Assembly (NCBI GenBank): GCA_000934665.2
Contig: JYFJ02004357.1
Coordinates: 1-32,665 of the forward strand
Source of the DNA: Catajapyx aquilonaris
Taxonomy: Eukaryota
Reading direction: 5' to 3'
DNA: 32,665 bases
The notes beneath the pieces were generated by a model. The model did not search any database, was not told the origin of the DNA, and worked only from the letters and a program-made list of their open reading frames with translations. Below are positions 31,921 through 32,665 of this stretch, piece after piece. The translations under genes and the position numbers were made by a program. Positions within the stretch are counted from its first letter, which is position 1. Every line of letters starts with the position of its first letter.

Positions 31921-32665
31921 GATGGCACAAGAAGTTTGACCCACAGAGTTTGCCTAATTTGCATGCGAACGCTTTGCCGCCAGATTAATTGTTGCCATAT
32001 GGCTACGGTGGGAATGACAGGGTTAATGAACAGGTTTCCGGTATTCAGGGTGTTCCAAGTATTAGGGTTGTTTTTAGTTACGGTATCGCTAATATCATCC
32101 AAAGTAGCTATTTTTAAACTTATTGCGCCCGGATACATATTCCAAAAGTTCAAAACTGCAAGAATCGTGACACAAACCATACGCGTATTGCATTTTTCGT
32201 CAGTGACACCTGAAATGCGTATTTCACACTATTGCCGCATGAATGCCGCAGACTAGTAGGTCTCGATTCAGCAAGTAGTAGCCTCTCCCACCTAGTCAAG
32301 TTAATTAACAGCGTACAGAGTGATAAACTATTTTAATATTATCAACAATCAATATTAGGACCTCTTGAGGTCAGAGTGACGACCTAGCGAGGTCAGATCT
32401 CAAATTCGCCCCTAGACGTGGGTGACCTAGAGATAGTGGGGAGGTTAACTGCGAAAATCATGGCTGCACCCTCTTTGTCTATTTGGGCATAGCGACGCTC
32501 TGTGTCTGAGAGCGTACGCGAAGCAAATGCTATTGGTGCCTCGGATCCGTTTGGCATCGTGTGGGCCTACACCGCCCCCAGTCCATAAGGTGATGCGTCA
32601 CAACATACCACCAGGGGCTTCTCTGGGTCGTAATGAGTCAACAACGTTGATGACTGCAACAGCGC

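Larger units (their letters stand above)
31241..32022. mobile_element. piggyBac-like non-autonomous element containing nested insertions
   Basis: TTAA|CCCTTTCATTCCC ... GGGAATGACAGGG|TTAA (12/13 TIR match, TTAA flanks). Confidence 0.6.

Overview
Eukaryotic, most likely arthropod (insect-like) genomic DNA with two protein-coding genes on the + strand. (1) A multi-exon class I bHLH E-protein gene (daughterless/TCF3-4-12 family). I can rebuild 13 exons between 2775 and 14489 with GT-AG junctions and consistent reading frame (~616 aa). The 5' coding exons appear to lie upstream of the window. (2) An XK-related (XKR, putative phospholipid scramblase) gene with an uninterrupted CDS at 26128-28284 (718 aa) ending in a PDZ-type motif (ETKL). 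Introns and intergenic DNA hold many non-autonomous DNA transposons (hAT-, Tc1/mariner/pogo-, Harbinger- and piggyBac-like MITEs, several with target-site duplications) and tRNA-derived SINEs. The most notable observations are: a 60-nt frame-preserving exon that duplicates the LDDAI..LR.HAE helix and sits where vertebrate TCF12 has its alternatively spliced 24-aa insert; a ~1.1-kb near-perfect palindrome (22447-23559); and a dense RFX X-box plus forkhead-site cluster (20989-21174) upstream of the XKR gene, resembling a ciliary-gene promoter. All calls were made by eye and no database search was run.
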